Positions 1 to 13,296 of a DNA stretch of 64,000 nucleotides are shown here, in pieces. The position numbers and the translations under genes were made by a program. Positions within the stretch are counted from its first letter, which is position 1. Every line of letters begins with the position of its first letter. The DNA comes from Eledone cirrhosa (Eukaryota), in NCBI GenBank assembly GCA_964016885.1, contig OZ024743.1, forward strand, positions 247,628,001 through 247,692,000. Reading direction: 5' to 3'. Under the pieces are notes generated by a model. That model was not told the origin of the DNA. It did not search any database and saw nothing but the letters and a program-made list of their open reading frames with translations.

Positions 1-719
1 TGTAAGATAACACATAATTAAAAAAAAATTTTTTGAAATTAAAAGTTAATGAGGTTTATGAATGGTGATGTTTATGATTAAAGAAAAAGGAATTAAGAAT
101 AGTATTTATTTAAGGTTTATATATTGAAGGGTTTAATAATATATGCGAAAAGGAATTTATTAATATGTATTATTAAAATAAAAATATTAAGGAGATAAGG
201 TGAATGAAGAAGAGATTAAATGAATTATGAACTTAGAGGAATTAGTCAGGGTTTAAGTTTGTTTTTATGTATTGTAATATGAACAAGTAAATAATACGTT
301 TAATACGAGCACCGAAGGAGAGAAGAAAGAAGAAAATTTAAGGAAGAAAAAATATAACGTCAAAAAATATATATGTTTACAAAATTTCCTAATGGTAATA
401 TTAGTATATATTAAAAATATAGTTTGTATGGCCAAGAATATAAGGAAAATGCTATAGTGAGTAATAATATGAATTAAGAAGTAATTGAGAAGTAAAAGTT
501 ACAGATTAAAGATTAGAAATTAAAAAAGAAAAAAGGAAGAAAGGAAAAAAGAAGAAAAAAAGAAGAAAAATAGAGGACCGCTAACGACATAGAATGAGTA
601 AATTGTATAATATAATATACTGAAATAAGGTAGAAAGATGGGTATATTTGTAAAAGATATAAACGCGTTTGAGAAAAAAAGATTTTAAACTAATTAGGTA
701 TTGAGATATTAGCTGCATA

Positions 720-915
720 CTTTATGGAAAGTTCTATGGGATTTATGCAAGCAGAGCGAAAATAAATCCGTACGTCTATTTATTATAGAATTAAAATTAG
801 AGATAATGGTAAATTTCTCGGCTAGGCAGAGATTACATGTTCTGGATAGGGAAGAATTCTAGTAAGGAGAAGCGTTGCAAACCTTCCTCTAAGAGATGTT
901 GTAGTTAATATTTTT
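720..915 (-). mobile_element. Degenerate Penelope-like element, GIY-YIG C-terminal remnant
   Basis: Minus strand translates KNINYNIS*RKVCNASPY*NSSLSRTCNLCLAEKFTII...IINRRTDL, matching the W..(A..Y)..CxLC..E..I...LNKR end of the PLE ORFs at 32166 and 39664; followed by an AT-rich 3' region toward position 1. Confidence 0.55.
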
Positions 916-1419
916 GTTTCTAATTTTGGCACAAGGCCAGCAAATAAAGGGACGTATACATAATTTATGTGCTAAATTTCGTAAACAAATAATTTCGTAA
1001 AAATAAATAATTTAAAATTGACTTCTTTTCAAAGTTGCACTTCCGGTATATCGTCAGCACCACCTGCCATATATATATATATAGAAAGAGAGAGTGTGTG
1101 ATGAGAGAGATAGAGATTTTCTACACACTGACGCGTATGAGTGTGCACATACATACATCTATATGTATGAGTATATAACTATTATGAGTATATAACTATA
1201 ATCGCGCAAACACAAACTTATAAAAATACACACTCACCGACATAATTCACACAAAACACATACATTCACACATATTTTCACACAAACATACATACATTTA
1301 CACATATACATTTACACAAACACACACATACAGTCATGATAGTGTTCAGTTTAATTGGAAATGGGAGGGTAAAACAAGTATAACGTTTTATTTATTTATT
1401 AACTATTTTTTTTTAACTC

Positions 1420-1705
1420 ATTTAATATAATGGTTACAGAACGAAAACACTAACAAATATAATATATACAAAGGAAAGGGAAAGGAAAAAAAGAAAGAGA
1501 AAAAATACACAAGCAGGTAATACACACATCTTAGACCACAGAACAAATACAGGCGAAAGAGTGGAAAAGAGCCGCTACTAGAGCAAAAGATAACAATATA
1601 GCGAGGAGCACTGGGAAACCTCTCTAATAATTTTTGAGGCAAGCCAGCACGCTCGCAGCGTTACCTGGGGTGATGGCGAGGCTGAGGTGGTCCAATATGC
1701 ACACT
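1420..1705 (-). mobile_element. CRE-clade non-LTR retrotransposon 3' fragment
   Basis: Encodes LAITPGNAASVLACLK (the RGNAASVL end of CRE-type restriction-like endonuclease); homologous to 1960-2466 and 20085-20590. Confidence 0.55.
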
Positions 1706-1959
1706 ACATATGCTAGCAAAAAACCGCCTGAATGGCGGTTTTTCTGCTAGTTGTTATAAATAATTTAGTGTTAAAAAGCATGAAAAAATATATATAGCCT
1801 CGAAAAAAGCCATAAAAAATTGCAGAAGGTATTAACAATTCTGCAAATATGCTGTGGTTTCCATGATTATTAGTTTCTAAGGAAAATTCCGCAAATGGCA
1901 GGACCAAGAATGCCAGTGGTACACTGTACAATACTTAATTACATAAATATTTTACATAA

Positions 1960-2466
1960 AAATATAAAATCAAAACAAAGGAAAATATTAATTCAACACT
2001 AAGTAATGTCTGTTAATCGGTCACATACTACAAGGGATGCTGGAGCTTCCCTCTAATATTCTTTGAGGCAACCCAACATGCTTGCAGCATTATCACAGCT
2101 GATAGCAAGGCTAAGATGCTGAAATAACCAAGCTCTCTCATGGGCATCACCTAATCCCTCAATAAGGCAACCTGCCAATGATGACAAAGAACTTCATTAT
2201 CAATGGCCCAATTCCTCCAAATGTCTTGACCACCACAGGTTGATATAAAATAGTTTGCTGATAATTCCTAGTATTCTAACATTTTATTCTATTCGGCTAC
2301 CAAAGTAGTGGCCCTCACTTTTACTGCATTATCCAAAATGTGGGACGGAGCTAAAAAAATGTCACTGACTATGGCATTCCAAATGAGATATCTCCTTACC
2401 CTGGGACAAATAGTAAGATCTTCTGGTCTTTTCTCATCAAGTCTGGACAGTCCAACCAACTCCAGA
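1960..2466 (-). mobile_element. CRE-clade non-LTR retrotransposon RLE fragment
   Basis: Minus strand LVGLSRLDEKRPEDLT...YLIWNAIVSD resembles GL.R.DGKRPDG.T..W...L.WD.T of CRE-type RLE; degenerate. Confidence 0.6.
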
Positions 2467-3389
2467 AATTAAGGGATATTTACTCATCGTGATTTTGTCT
2501 CTACTAGAAACTAAATGCTGCCGTGGATATGAATGTATGTTTGAGGTACTTGGATGTATTAATTATTTATATACATGCATATGTAAATTTGTGCATGTGT
2601 GTGTATGAGTGTATATGAGTGTATATGAGTGTATATGTGTAAGCTTGTGTGCAGGTCTGCGTCTCAATGTCCAGAAACTATGATGTAACAGTATTGTATT
2701 CTCACATCCACCTCATCCCCTCCCCCTTGTTTATCTAGAACAGTCATTCTTTTCTTTTTTTTAACGAAAATCATGGTGTAGTGGTACTGTAAAGCACTAC
2801 AATAACTCTAATACTAAACCTGTTTCTTATAAACAAATGAAAACTACCTTACATTAAAAGTTTTTATTAAAAAGAAATACAGAGAATATATTCACACATA
2901 CATATAAACACACACACACTCACATGCACACACACTCATATATAAACACACACACACACACACACTGACACATAGGTACAAATACATACAGGCATATACA
3001 CTCACACACAGAGAAATATGTGCACATTGATATACACATACACACACATGCACACAGACACAAACTGACATAGACATCCCCACAGGTACATACAGACACA
3101 GAGGCAAACATTACCTAATGGATACTTCATTATGTCAGTAAGAGTGAGACAGCATTTATACTTATATTTTGTCAAACAGGCTATCATATATGAGTGTATG
3201 TGTATGTGTTTCTGGGGATATGTACCCATGTGTCAGTGTCTGTATTTGTGTATTATTGAGAAGCAACACTGAATCATGGTTAGGGTGCTCAGTCACTTGC
3301 ATGTTAATTTCACAAGCAGGTTGTTCCATTGGCCAAACCACTGGGGAACTCATCGTCGAAACTGACGGAGGTTTACTACTCATATATTA

Positions 3390-3605
3390 TACTGGCAGTA
3401 TTGGTAGAGTATCAGACAATATGCTTTGCGACATAGAATTACGGCCCATTACGTTCCAAGTTCAAATTCTGCCGAGATAGCTTCGTCTTTCATCATCCAT
3501 ACAGGGTCAATAAAATAAAGTACCAGTAATGCACTGGGGTCGATTTAATTGACTTTCCCCTCCCTCAAAATTGCTGGCCTTGTGCCTAAAGTAGAAACAA
3601 TTATT
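3390..3605 (+). mobile_element. SINE family A (tRNA-like head, CTTTCATCC..GGGGTCGATAAAATAAAGTACCAG core)
   Basis: B-box-like GTTCAAATTC, conserved core and tail ttgctggccttgtgcctaaagtagaaac; related copies at ~14545-14685 (+), ~17215-17400 (-), partial 17870-17960 (-), tail at ~915-945 (-). Confidence 0.7.
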
Positions 3606-3681
3606 AACTGTACATTGTAAACCTATTGATCTTAGGCCTTCAGTTTTCATCTGGTATAGGATTTTAATGACTTGTTTGTTT

Positions 3682-3818
3682 GTATGTCTGTGTGTGTATT
3701 TATGAATGTGTGTGTATATGTATGTATGTCTGTGTGTGTATTTATGAATGTGTGTGTATATGTATGTATGTCTGTGTGTGTATTTATGAATGTGTGTGTA
3801 TATGTATGTATGTCTGTG
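3682..3818 (+). repeat. 42-bp tandem repeat (~3.2 copies) built from TG/TA motifs
   Basis: Unit gtatgtctgtgtgtgtatttatgaatgtgtgtgtatatgtat; 14-aa periodicity in overlapping spurious ORFs. Confidence 0.85.
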
Positions 3819-3943
3819 AAAAGTCAAGAGATGGCATTTCTTGAAACTGAGATGTAGCCATTACGTATGTATGTATGTATGTATGTATGTATGTATGTAT
3901 GTATGTATGTATGTATGTATGTATGTATGTATGTATGCATGTA

Positions 3944-4215
3944 TGTGCCTTTGCTCACTATAAAAGCTTCACGGCACAGGCATTGCTTTATATCTGGAGA
4001 TCTCTCTGCACTTGTCGTCACATGGTACCATGGGCCCAGCACTACGTGCCAATAATTGTCACAAGTGTAGTGTTTGTACCAGAGTTTTCACGTCGCTGGC
4101 TGGACTAAAAAGTCACACTCATTCAGCGCATCGGTAGGGGTTCTCCTACATGGATATAAAGTAGTGGCCGTACTCGAAAACGAGTTGGCAGCCACCATAT
4201 GCATGTGTATGTTTG
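3944..4215 (+). mobile_element. Non-coding retroposon with (ATGT)n tail, 3' half
   Basis: Near-identical to ~34115-34380; preceded by (TATG)n 3866-3935. Confidence 0.75.
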
Positions 4216-4456
4216 TATGTGTATTCATCTACATGTGTATATGCATGTATATGTGTATATGTAGATATGTGCATGTGTTCCGATGTAATGAAATAGTAAC
4301 TGCATGATGGTACAAGCATATGTACACCCTCAAATGATCATAAGTATACACATACATTTTTACATATACATATACACTGGGTAATCGTTGTGTTCTCAGC
4401 TGGGTAGAGAAAAGCATTGATGGGAATGGGATGAAAGCATGGCGCAAGCATTATAA

Positions 4457-4667
4457 CCCTTTAGCATTTACATTACTCTATATTTACTATTGTATTTTCA
4501 TGGTAAAGGCATAATTATCCAAAATAATATTGAATCTATGAGATTTTGATATTATTTATTTTAAGAAAAATACCTTGACATCAGTATGAGTGGCTGGTTA
4601 CAGCCGGTTTGAACAGAAAGAAGTGAGAGAATTCTGGCTGATTATGGCCGGTTTAAATGCTAAAGGG
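4457..4667. mobile_element. piggyBac-like MITE
   Basis: TIRs ccctttagcattt / aaatgctaaaggg; degenerate TTAA flanks; second copy in opposite orientation at 48970-49170. Confidence 0.7.
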
Positions 4668-4999
4668 TTACAGCAATTTTTCCTCACAAAAGCAGGAGTT
4701 AGCCTTGTGCCAACCGTTTTAGACACACCTTACAACACAGGGATTCGCTGCACTTATTCTAAACCGGATAAAGCTATGTCTGATAAAGATATAATTTATT
4801 AATTATCTAAATGAAATTGTGATACAATCTTACTCATTTTTAGATTAATAATATCCTATGTCACCTCTACTACAAAATGGGTTCAGCACTATCTGATCCA
4901 CTTCACCTTTACAAATGAAATAGCTTCTCTCTCTCCTACCTGTACTATATATGAACCTATTGCCACCACCACTACTTTGACTGTTGGCATAGTCTTACC

Positions 5000-5282
5000 T
5001 CCTCTACCTATCTACCTACCTACCTGTCTACCTGCCTACCTAGCTGCCTACATATCTACCTACCTACGTACTTATCTACCTATGTACTTCCCTACCCACC
5101 TACTTACCTGCCTACCTACCTACCCACATACCTGCCTACCTACCTGCCTACCTACCTATATATCTACCTACCTACGTACTTATCTACCTATGTACTTCCC
5201 TACCTACCTACCAATCTACCTACCTACTTACCTGCCTACCAACCTACCTACCTACCTACATACATACATATCTACCTAACTA
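5000..5282 (+). repeat. (CCTA)n degenerate microsatellite, 5' flank of Tx1 element
   Basis: ctac/ccta repeats that resume at ~8312-8385. Confidence 0.9.
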
Positions 5283-5289
5283 TCTGCCC

Positions 5290-8200
5290 TTCAATGACTT
5301 TGAGATCTACGCATCTCTCTGTCAGCCAGGAGGTGGAGGGGGAGTGGCTGTCATGTTTCAGAAAAACCTGGACGTTGAAGTACAGCAAGTACACTTGGAC
5401 CTGGAGGGTAGACTGGTAGTCCTAGATGTGAACAGTGTTGGAGGTGAAGCCTTCAGACTGGTGGCCGTTTATGCCCCGACTGGGCAATCGCGGCCAGACT
5501 TCTTTAAGCGTCTAGAGTCTTTTCTGGGAACGTCTCGCTCCTTGCTTTTAGTGGGGGACTGGAATGGTATCCTAGACGTACAATGGGACTATGTAGGATC
5601 GATCATGTCCTAGTAGAGAGTGGTGCAACAGCCTCAAAAATTTAATCGGCCAATTCCAACTGGACGATAGGCTGCGTGGTCAGAAGTAAATTACGTGCTA
5701 TAGCAAACGAGGGAGCGAAAGCTGTTAGCTGGGCCCGAGTGGCAGAGGCAAAAAGTGGCAACAAGTCCACGATTCGGTCTTTGAAAGACCAAAATGGACG
5801 TGTGCTACTTGACCCCAAGCGGGTGTACGCGGCCTTTCAGCGGCACTTTGCGCAACTGTTCAAGCAGAGTGGCGGTGCATTGAATGGGGCAATGGACTTC
5901 GGTTCATACCTCGACGGCCTGCCACGTCTCTCAAGCATGGTCGCCGAGTTCTGTGAAAGACCAATCACAACCACTGGGCCACTGCAGGAAATGCAAATCA
6001 CCCGGTCTAGATGGTCTACCCTATGAGTTTTACATAGGTATGCCGGACTTGTTCTCTGGCGTCCTCAAGGCCATCTACTGCAACTGGCAGCAGAACGGGA
6101 GAATTCCCAGTTTTGCAGGCAGGGGCGTAGTAATGCTGATCAGGAAAGACGAGAATAAGGGGGGGGGGGCGAACTAAGCAACTTTAGGCCCATAACTCTG
6201 CTCAACACAGAGTTAAAGATTTTGGCCAAGGTGTTGGCAACGAGGTTGGCACTTGTCGTCGAGAACCTGGTAGGGAAAGCGCAAATGTGTGCAATCCCGA
6301 CCAGGTCCATACACGACAACCTCCACCTCATGCGATACATCATAGAGAGGGTGGGATGTAAACATGGCTTTGGTGGGGCTCTGATCAATTTACGTCAGTC
6401 TAAGGCGTTCGATAGGGTCGACCATCGATACTTGGAATCGGTTCTCAAGGCAGCCGATTTCGGACCCGTCTTCAGAGGCTGGATCGCCGCAATGCACACC
6501 AACATCTGCTCAATGGTCAAGGTGAACGGCTACCTATCGGAGCCGTTCGCAATTACGCGTTCTATCCAACAGCGATGCCCTCTCTCCTCCATTCTATACG
6601 TACTGACTCTAGAGTCACTACTGCGGAAGTTGGAGCTGCTGCAGGGCATGTCGTTGGAACCAGGACTGTGGAAAGCAGCGTCGGCTTATGCCGACGACGT
6701 GACGTGACAGTAATGGTGTCGGAAACCTTGGAAATTGGGGCGATCGGCAACTTACTGCAGGAATAAGAAAGGCTCACAGGAGCAAAACTGAACCTGGACA
6801 AGTCTGTCGGATTGCAACTCGGAACGTGGAGAGGCAAATCGATGCCGTCCGACAGCGTCGTCGGACGCTGGATGGACGGACCGGTGAAATTGCTTGGGGT
6901 CTGGTTCAGTCCGGATCTCCAGGTGGAGAAAAACTGGAACGAGGTCATGGCCAAGGTATTTGCGCTCACCCAAAAGTGGGCAGAGTGCAAACTATCCTTG
7001 AAAGGTCGAGCGGAGGTGGCGAACACTTTGATAGCGTCCGTCATCTACTACCGCTTGACCATCGTGCCTTGTCCTCGTGAACACCTCACCAAGATGGAAC
7101 GCATGCTCTTCCAGTTCCTTTGGAAGAAGCAGGCTCCACTGGTGAGGAGATCCGTCTGCTGTCAGCACCCTTCCAACGGAGGGCTGGGAATGCCATGGCT
7201 GATGATGCGCAAGCATGCGCTGAGGTTATGGCATCTACAGGTATTCCTCACTGATCCCCAACCGGTGTGGACACCGTTTGTGAAACAGGCCTTCCCGCAA
7301 CTTGTCTCGCTGACGGAGCTGCAGTCCTGGGTCAAGCGGAGACCGAAGAAGATGTTCACCTGGCACATTGAATGCGCTCAGGCGCTCACAGTCCTCTGTC
7401 AAGCAGGCACGGCAATCAGTGGAGACTCCACTTCAACATTCTATAGAGGGTTAGTACGTCACAAGGACGACGACGTGCTCGGAGAGACTCTAGGCATTGA
7501 AGACGACGAACTCACCAGTCTATTTGGTAGGACTTTCCACCCGGGACCTATGGACAACTTCCAGAGGTCGCTGGCCTGGCAGTGCTACCGAGGAGCTCTA
7601 CCAGTTCATGACAAGATCTACAGGCACGGCCGCCCCAGCAGGGATCCTTCCAAGAGGACGTGTCCAAGATGCGAGCAGGACATTGAAACCATCTTGCACG
7701 CAATTGTACACTGCCCAGGCGTAACTGACCTGTGGAACTATGCAGAACAACTGCTGTCGCATATGGGACAAATCCAGTTAATTGCCGAGTCCATAGTAAG
7801 GATCAAACCGCCGACTTCTTTCAAAAACGAAAGAGAGGCGGTTTTCCTCTGTATAGTGGCTATGGTGAAAGAGGTTATATGGTGGACGAGATTGAGAGGA
7901 CTGAGGACAGATGCCTTTCTCTCCGGACAACTCATTCCCTTCTTTAGGTACCACTTTAGAAGGAGAATCAGAGTAGAGTGAGAGGCACTGCACCCCAGTA
8001 AATTTGCTGAAAGGTGGGTGAATGTGGCAAAAATGGCCCGAGTGATTGGGCCTTCTCTGTATATAAACCTGTAGGTTGAAGAAGAGAGCAAAAGGAAGAA
8101 AGGAGCACTTGCACAACACGCTCCTGAAGTTGAGGGCTGTTCTATCTATGGGGTATTAAACAACCCATTTGTAGCGCCTCCCCCCTATTGGAGATTTCGA

Positions 8201-8310
8201 TTGTTATATTTGTTTGTTTAATATTTTTACACGATTGTATGTAAAATCCCCGGCATGTGTCCTTGTTTTTCCCCCTTTTCTTGTGCGCCCTTGTGGCTAA
8301 TAAAGAAATA
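5290..8310 (+). mobile_element. L1-superfamily Tx1-like LINE, ORF2 pseudogene (APE, RT, C-terminal Cys-rich domain)
   Basis: FRLVAVYAP, LVGDWNGILD (APE); KSPGLDGLPYEFY, SKAFDRVDHRYL, YADD (RT); CPRC..ETILHAIVHC; frameshifts, internal deletion near 5670; AATAAA at the 3' end. Confidence 0.92.
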
Positions 8311-8427
8311 TATCTACCTACCTACCTACCTACTTACCTACCTACCTACATACATATATACGTACCTACATACCTGCCTCCCTACCCACCCACTATTAAC
8401 ATGTCTATACTACTTGTTTTTGAGAAA

Positions 8428-8700
8428 GTGCATGGCGTAGTGGTTAGAGCATTGGGCTTGTAATTGTGAGGTTGCAAGTTTGATTCCCATACCAGGTGAT
8501 GCATTGTATCCTTGAGCAAGACACTTTATTTCATGTGGCTCCAGTTCACTCTAGCTGAAAAAAATGAGTTGCAGCATCACTAGTGCTAAGCTGTATCAGC
8601 TTTTGCCTTTCCTTTGGACAACATTGGTGGCGAGGATGTAAGAGACTGGTATGCATAGCTGACTGTTGGTCTTCCATAAAAACACCTTACTCATGCTTGT
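8428..8700 (+). mobile_element. tRNA-derived SINE family B
   Basis: A-box TGGCGTAGTGG, B-box-like GTTTGATTCC, then tccttgagcaagacact...ctccagttcactc; related copy at ~15715-15850. Confidence 0.7.
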
Positions 8701-10619
8701 GCCTTTCTAAACCTATGATTATTCCTGACCAAAGGGACCTACTACTACTATTTGTTTATAAAGTCAGTGTTTTTTTTATTTGGTATCTGATGGAAGGAGC
8801 AGTGCCCGTAGCCTTCACAGGCCCATCAAAACCAAAGAGATTAATGCTGTTGATGTTCTACAATTGTTGTTAGTCAACTCATATAGGAAAGATATAGGAA
8901 GGGAGTTATAGAGGTATGACTGTATGCAGTGGTTAGTGTATTGTCATGGGTGATGAGTGGAGGAGAGATGAATAGGTGGGGAGTGCCTGAGCAGTGGTGG
9001 CATGAGACCAGCCAGTACCATTTTCCTTGCTAGCATGGGTTCCATAGGTTAGTTGAGTTGTCCCATTATGAGGCAAGACAGATCCGATGACTATGTCATG
9101 CTCATACAGAACTGATTCTGGCTAGGCTTCAATGGCTTGATGCCCTTCCTAATGCCAACCACATTTACACTGGGTGCTTTTTATCATGGCATCAAAGCAG
9201 CCACTTTACTATGTGGTCTGGGCACTTTTTGTCATGGCACCTACATGACCACTTTACAGTGTGGACTGGGTGCTGGGCGGAGAAATGCATGAGAATTGGA
9301 GAGGTAGATCTCTAGATATACAGTTAGTTAATCAAAGAAGGAGCTTATAGCACTACAGACGTAATAAATAGCAAAGTTACAAAAAAAGAAGAAAAATATG
9401 CAGGTGAATTAACAAAAGCATCTATATTCCTCATCAGTCACCCCCTGGGCAGTGCAATTTCGTGCATAAGAGTCTTATTGCATAATACTGAGTTCAGGTT
9501 GCACAACAACTTAAAACAAGCCACAAAAAAGTGCATGCTTATTCACATACAAATGCATCAGTTGCATGCTTGTACAAATGTTTCTGTTTCTGTGGTTTTA
9601 CAGGTGCATCAGGCTGCAATGCAATGCCAACAATATTCCATGATGCTTGCTGCCTTATTTGAGTAATATGCAATATGTCCTTGTGGCAGCAAGGTCTTTG
9701 AGAGAACGTTTTCAAAATAGAACCAGAATGCTTTCAAGGTTTTCAGGATGGTGGTGGTCCTCTCAAAATTGTGGAGGAAGGAGTGTAAGATATTCTTACA
9801 AGAAAATAATTACCAAAATATTTATGACTTGCTGAAATGCATTGATGACTACAGCATTAAGCTGAAAAAAAAGCTCCAGATTTATTCTTGGAATCAATCA
9901 CAAACTTTCTATGATTTGGGTGACTAAGAAATGTATTTTAGTGCAAACAGTGTAGCTATCTGGAGAGAAGTGTAATCTATATTGGGATGTATGTTTTGAA
10001 GAACAGCATTTGATGTGTATTGTGTGGTGTTTTTCGTTGGGTTAGGGTGGCAGATTGAAGGACCGCTCCAGGGGTATAAACCCTAGTTATGCCCCAGCTT
10101 AGTGCTTAATATACTGTATTTACAGTACTGAGCTTCAGTTTGATATAAAATATTAATCTCAGATGAACCATTGATTGACTCATTAATAACCTCCTTGAGT
10201 TTATACATTTAACAAAGCTATTGTTTTTTTAATGTATTAATAAAACAAACAAACTGGAAGTGTTAGTATATTATTGTTTCCCACACAATTCAAAATTATG
10301 GCTTGCTGAATGTTATTAAAAATTAAATCAAAGTTATTAAAGGTGACAGAGTTTTCCCATATATTATGGACTTCAAAGACAAAAAGAAAATGCACCGTGT
10401 TACCCATTACATAAAAGAAAAACTGTCTACTTTTTAAAAATAGGACATTATCTCGAAGAAGAATATCATGAATCAAAATTTTCTTATTTTTATACTATAA
10501 CATACAGAAATCAATGGCAGTCGAAACAAAATTGAAAAGAAAAAAAAAGTTATCTGAAATAAGCTAGTGACATATTCTGAAAGAATTTAGAATGACTATG
10601 GCACAAAATCACCTAAAAT

Positions 10620-10915
10620 CTGAGAAGTGTCAAACATGGACTCTGAACAAAACCCTGGAGTGAAAACATACAACCTGTGAGATGAGATGTCTTTGGCAAG
10701 CAGCTGGCAAAATAAGAAAGAGACAGATGAAAAACAAAAACATCAAACAGATGGTTGGTGCCATACCTAACAACCAGTTCATAGCTCAACAATACATCAT
10801 TGATTACCTGATTAGAACGCCAATTAACCAACTGACTCTGGAAGCCTATAACACCAAGTACTGAGGTATCAGAGCTAGAGGAAAACCACACCAGCAGTGG
10901 ATTGATAGTTTAGCT
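10620..10915 (+). mobile_element. RTE LINE C-terminal remnant
   Basis: CQTWTLNK..EMRCLW...N.NIK...GIRARGKP..WID matches the RTE post-RT domain; stops present. Confidence 0.55.
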
Positions 10916-11769
10916 GAAAGTTTGTCGAGCACTTTATAAGAGGTTAGTTGGGGTCACAATTTTAGCAGAAATATAATAATCACCATTCCAGCAGAAAACA
11001 TAATAATTACCATTTTAGCAATAAGGATATGATAGTAATATCACCAAGACTTTAGCATGTTTTTACTTATTTATTTAACAAAGGTTAAGAGGTGGATTAA
11101 GCTGGCATGCCAAAAGAAATGAAATAAATCAATTAAGATTGCAAGAGAAAGTACGGTCGACTGGCCGAGGAGCTTGGCCAGGCTCGTAGTAATGTTTTGT
11201 CATTACATATTGTTTGTGCTAGCAGAGCAAAAGAAGAAGTGGTGTTTACCTTAGCATGGTCAAACTGCAAGACAGAGATTTCTGAATCGATGCGGGAATT
11301 TTTCCCTCAGTGTCTGTAACATGACACTACTACAGGCCTAACACCATGCTACAGATCAACTTCATCTTTCTATAATACCTTCCTGATAAAGGACCTGGAT
11401 AAAGAAGAAAGAGGCCATTATTTACAAACCTGTTCTGGATATTTGTTCCCATAAAATTGATAATGTGCAACAGAAAAGACAAGCCAAACAAATTTGAACA
11501 TTCAATCCAACTCTGGGATAACCCTATTGTAATGATATTTCCAATGAAATACACTGTATTTGAATTCATTAATGAAGAATTAAGATTTGCTGAAATTATT
11601 AATTATTTCATTATTAAGATGAATATTTCTGACAGAACTTAAAGGTTTTTATATCAAATTATGGTGGGAGATTTTAATTCAGAAGACACGCCTTCCCATG
11701 CATACAGACTCAAACATACACCTAGAAGGCACCTCTTAACCACTATACCCTCACCCACTCACTCCTGTC

Positions 11770-12073
11770 CACACCGCCCTTACACTGTGAACAAAATATA
11801 TCCAGCCCACACTGTAAAGTGGTCATATAGGTCTCACGACAAAAAGCACCCAGCCCATGCTGTAAAGTGGTCGTGTAGGAGTCACAACAAAAAGCAACCA
11901 GCACACACTGTAATGTGGTTGGTGTTAGGAAGGGCATCTAGCCATAGAAACCTAGCCAGAAAGAGTCCTATATGAGTAAGACATGGTCACCTGACCCAAC
12001 TTACCTCAAATGGGACGACCTGTCTAACCCATGCTAGTGTAGAAAATGGACGTTAAACGATGATGATGATGAT
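11770..12073 (+). mobile_element. SINE family C with internal tandem units and RTE-like (GAT)n tail
   Basis: Repeated ccagcccacactgtaaagtggtc units, ggtgttaggaagggcatc core, tail acccatgctag...ggacgttaaacgatgatg; other copies ~9030-9275 (-), 12990-13150 (-), 13570-13768 (+), 35020-35248 (+), 57178-57445 (-). Confidence 0.8.
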
Positions 12074-13245
12074 AGGAACTCTTATAGTAGGTGATTTTGT
12101 TTCATAGAACCAGAGGTGGATTTTGCCTAAGGATGAGCAGTTAATATTTCTGAGTGAGCATTCTTAATTCAGTCTTAGTATAACTACATAAAGATGTGCT
12201 ATTGTAATCCAGTCACATCAGATATTACTAGTACTCTAATGTGATCTAAAATAATCTAAAAACTAGTGATAAACAACAGTCAAAAGATAGGCTTTATCTT
12301 CAGGAAACAGCAAAATCATTAACACTTGAATTACACACCCCAGATATTTCTTAAAATTAATTGAACTATATAATTATATGATAATTATTAATTAGATCTT
12401 TAAGTACCTTTTCTCAGAACTTTATAATTAGACCTTTAAGACCTTTTCTCAGAACTTTATCATGGAAAAATGACATCTTATCATGAATATGAACCTTTAA
12501 ATCTCTCACAAAAAACACACAATACTAGTGCAGACACCATAAACCAACTATAATTAAATTGACTATTGATTATACTGTCTTGTTTTTAATCTTGTTAAAG
12601 CACATCTAAAAAGACTTGTAGGGAGGCATATAGTTCTTCCAGTGAGGTAAACCTATATTAGTTGAGGACTTCTCATGATTTTGCATCCTATTTGAAATTG
12701 TTGATATTGTCATCATTGTAATTGATATATATATATATGAGTTAATAATATGTGAAAATAAACTCTGATCTCGATGGTTTCAGTATAAAGCCACAAGTAC
12801 ATTTTTGAAAAAAAAAAAAAATTTTTTTAAAGAATTAAAAAAATGTTTAAATATGTAACTATACGACCTCGATAGATTGATTCTTTGGTGTTTTTTTAAA
12901 ATAAATATTATACATCAGCTCTGATTAAACCCCATTTCATCGAGCTTATAACCCTCTGGTAAAGTTTCAACCTAATAATAACAATATTTTCATCATCATC
13001 ATCATCACCGGGTTAGCATGGGTTAGATGGGTTGACCTGTTGTGGGCAATGCCAGGTCAGGTGATCATGTCTTGCTCATATGGAACTGATTCTGGCTTGA
13101 TTTCTACAGCTGGATGCCCTTCCTAACACCAACCTCATTTACAGTGAGTACTATATAGGAGGATTGTGAAAATTATCAATAAATAATTTTATATTACACA
13201 AAAATTATTTATCCTGGAAAAACATATGGCATGCAGTGCATGTGT

Positions 13246-13296
<51 letters not shown>

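Noticed and set aside
1020-1070. Hammerhead motif on minus strand (CTGACGA...GAAA)
   Set aside because: No convincing stem II or stem I.
8428-8500. tRNA gene
   Set aside because: Only A/B boxes; no intact cloverleaf; continues into a SINE body.
11770-11930. CRISPR-like repeat-spacer array
   Set aside because: Units are degenerate tandem repeats inside a SINE, spacers are not unique, there are no cas genes and the context is eukaryotic.
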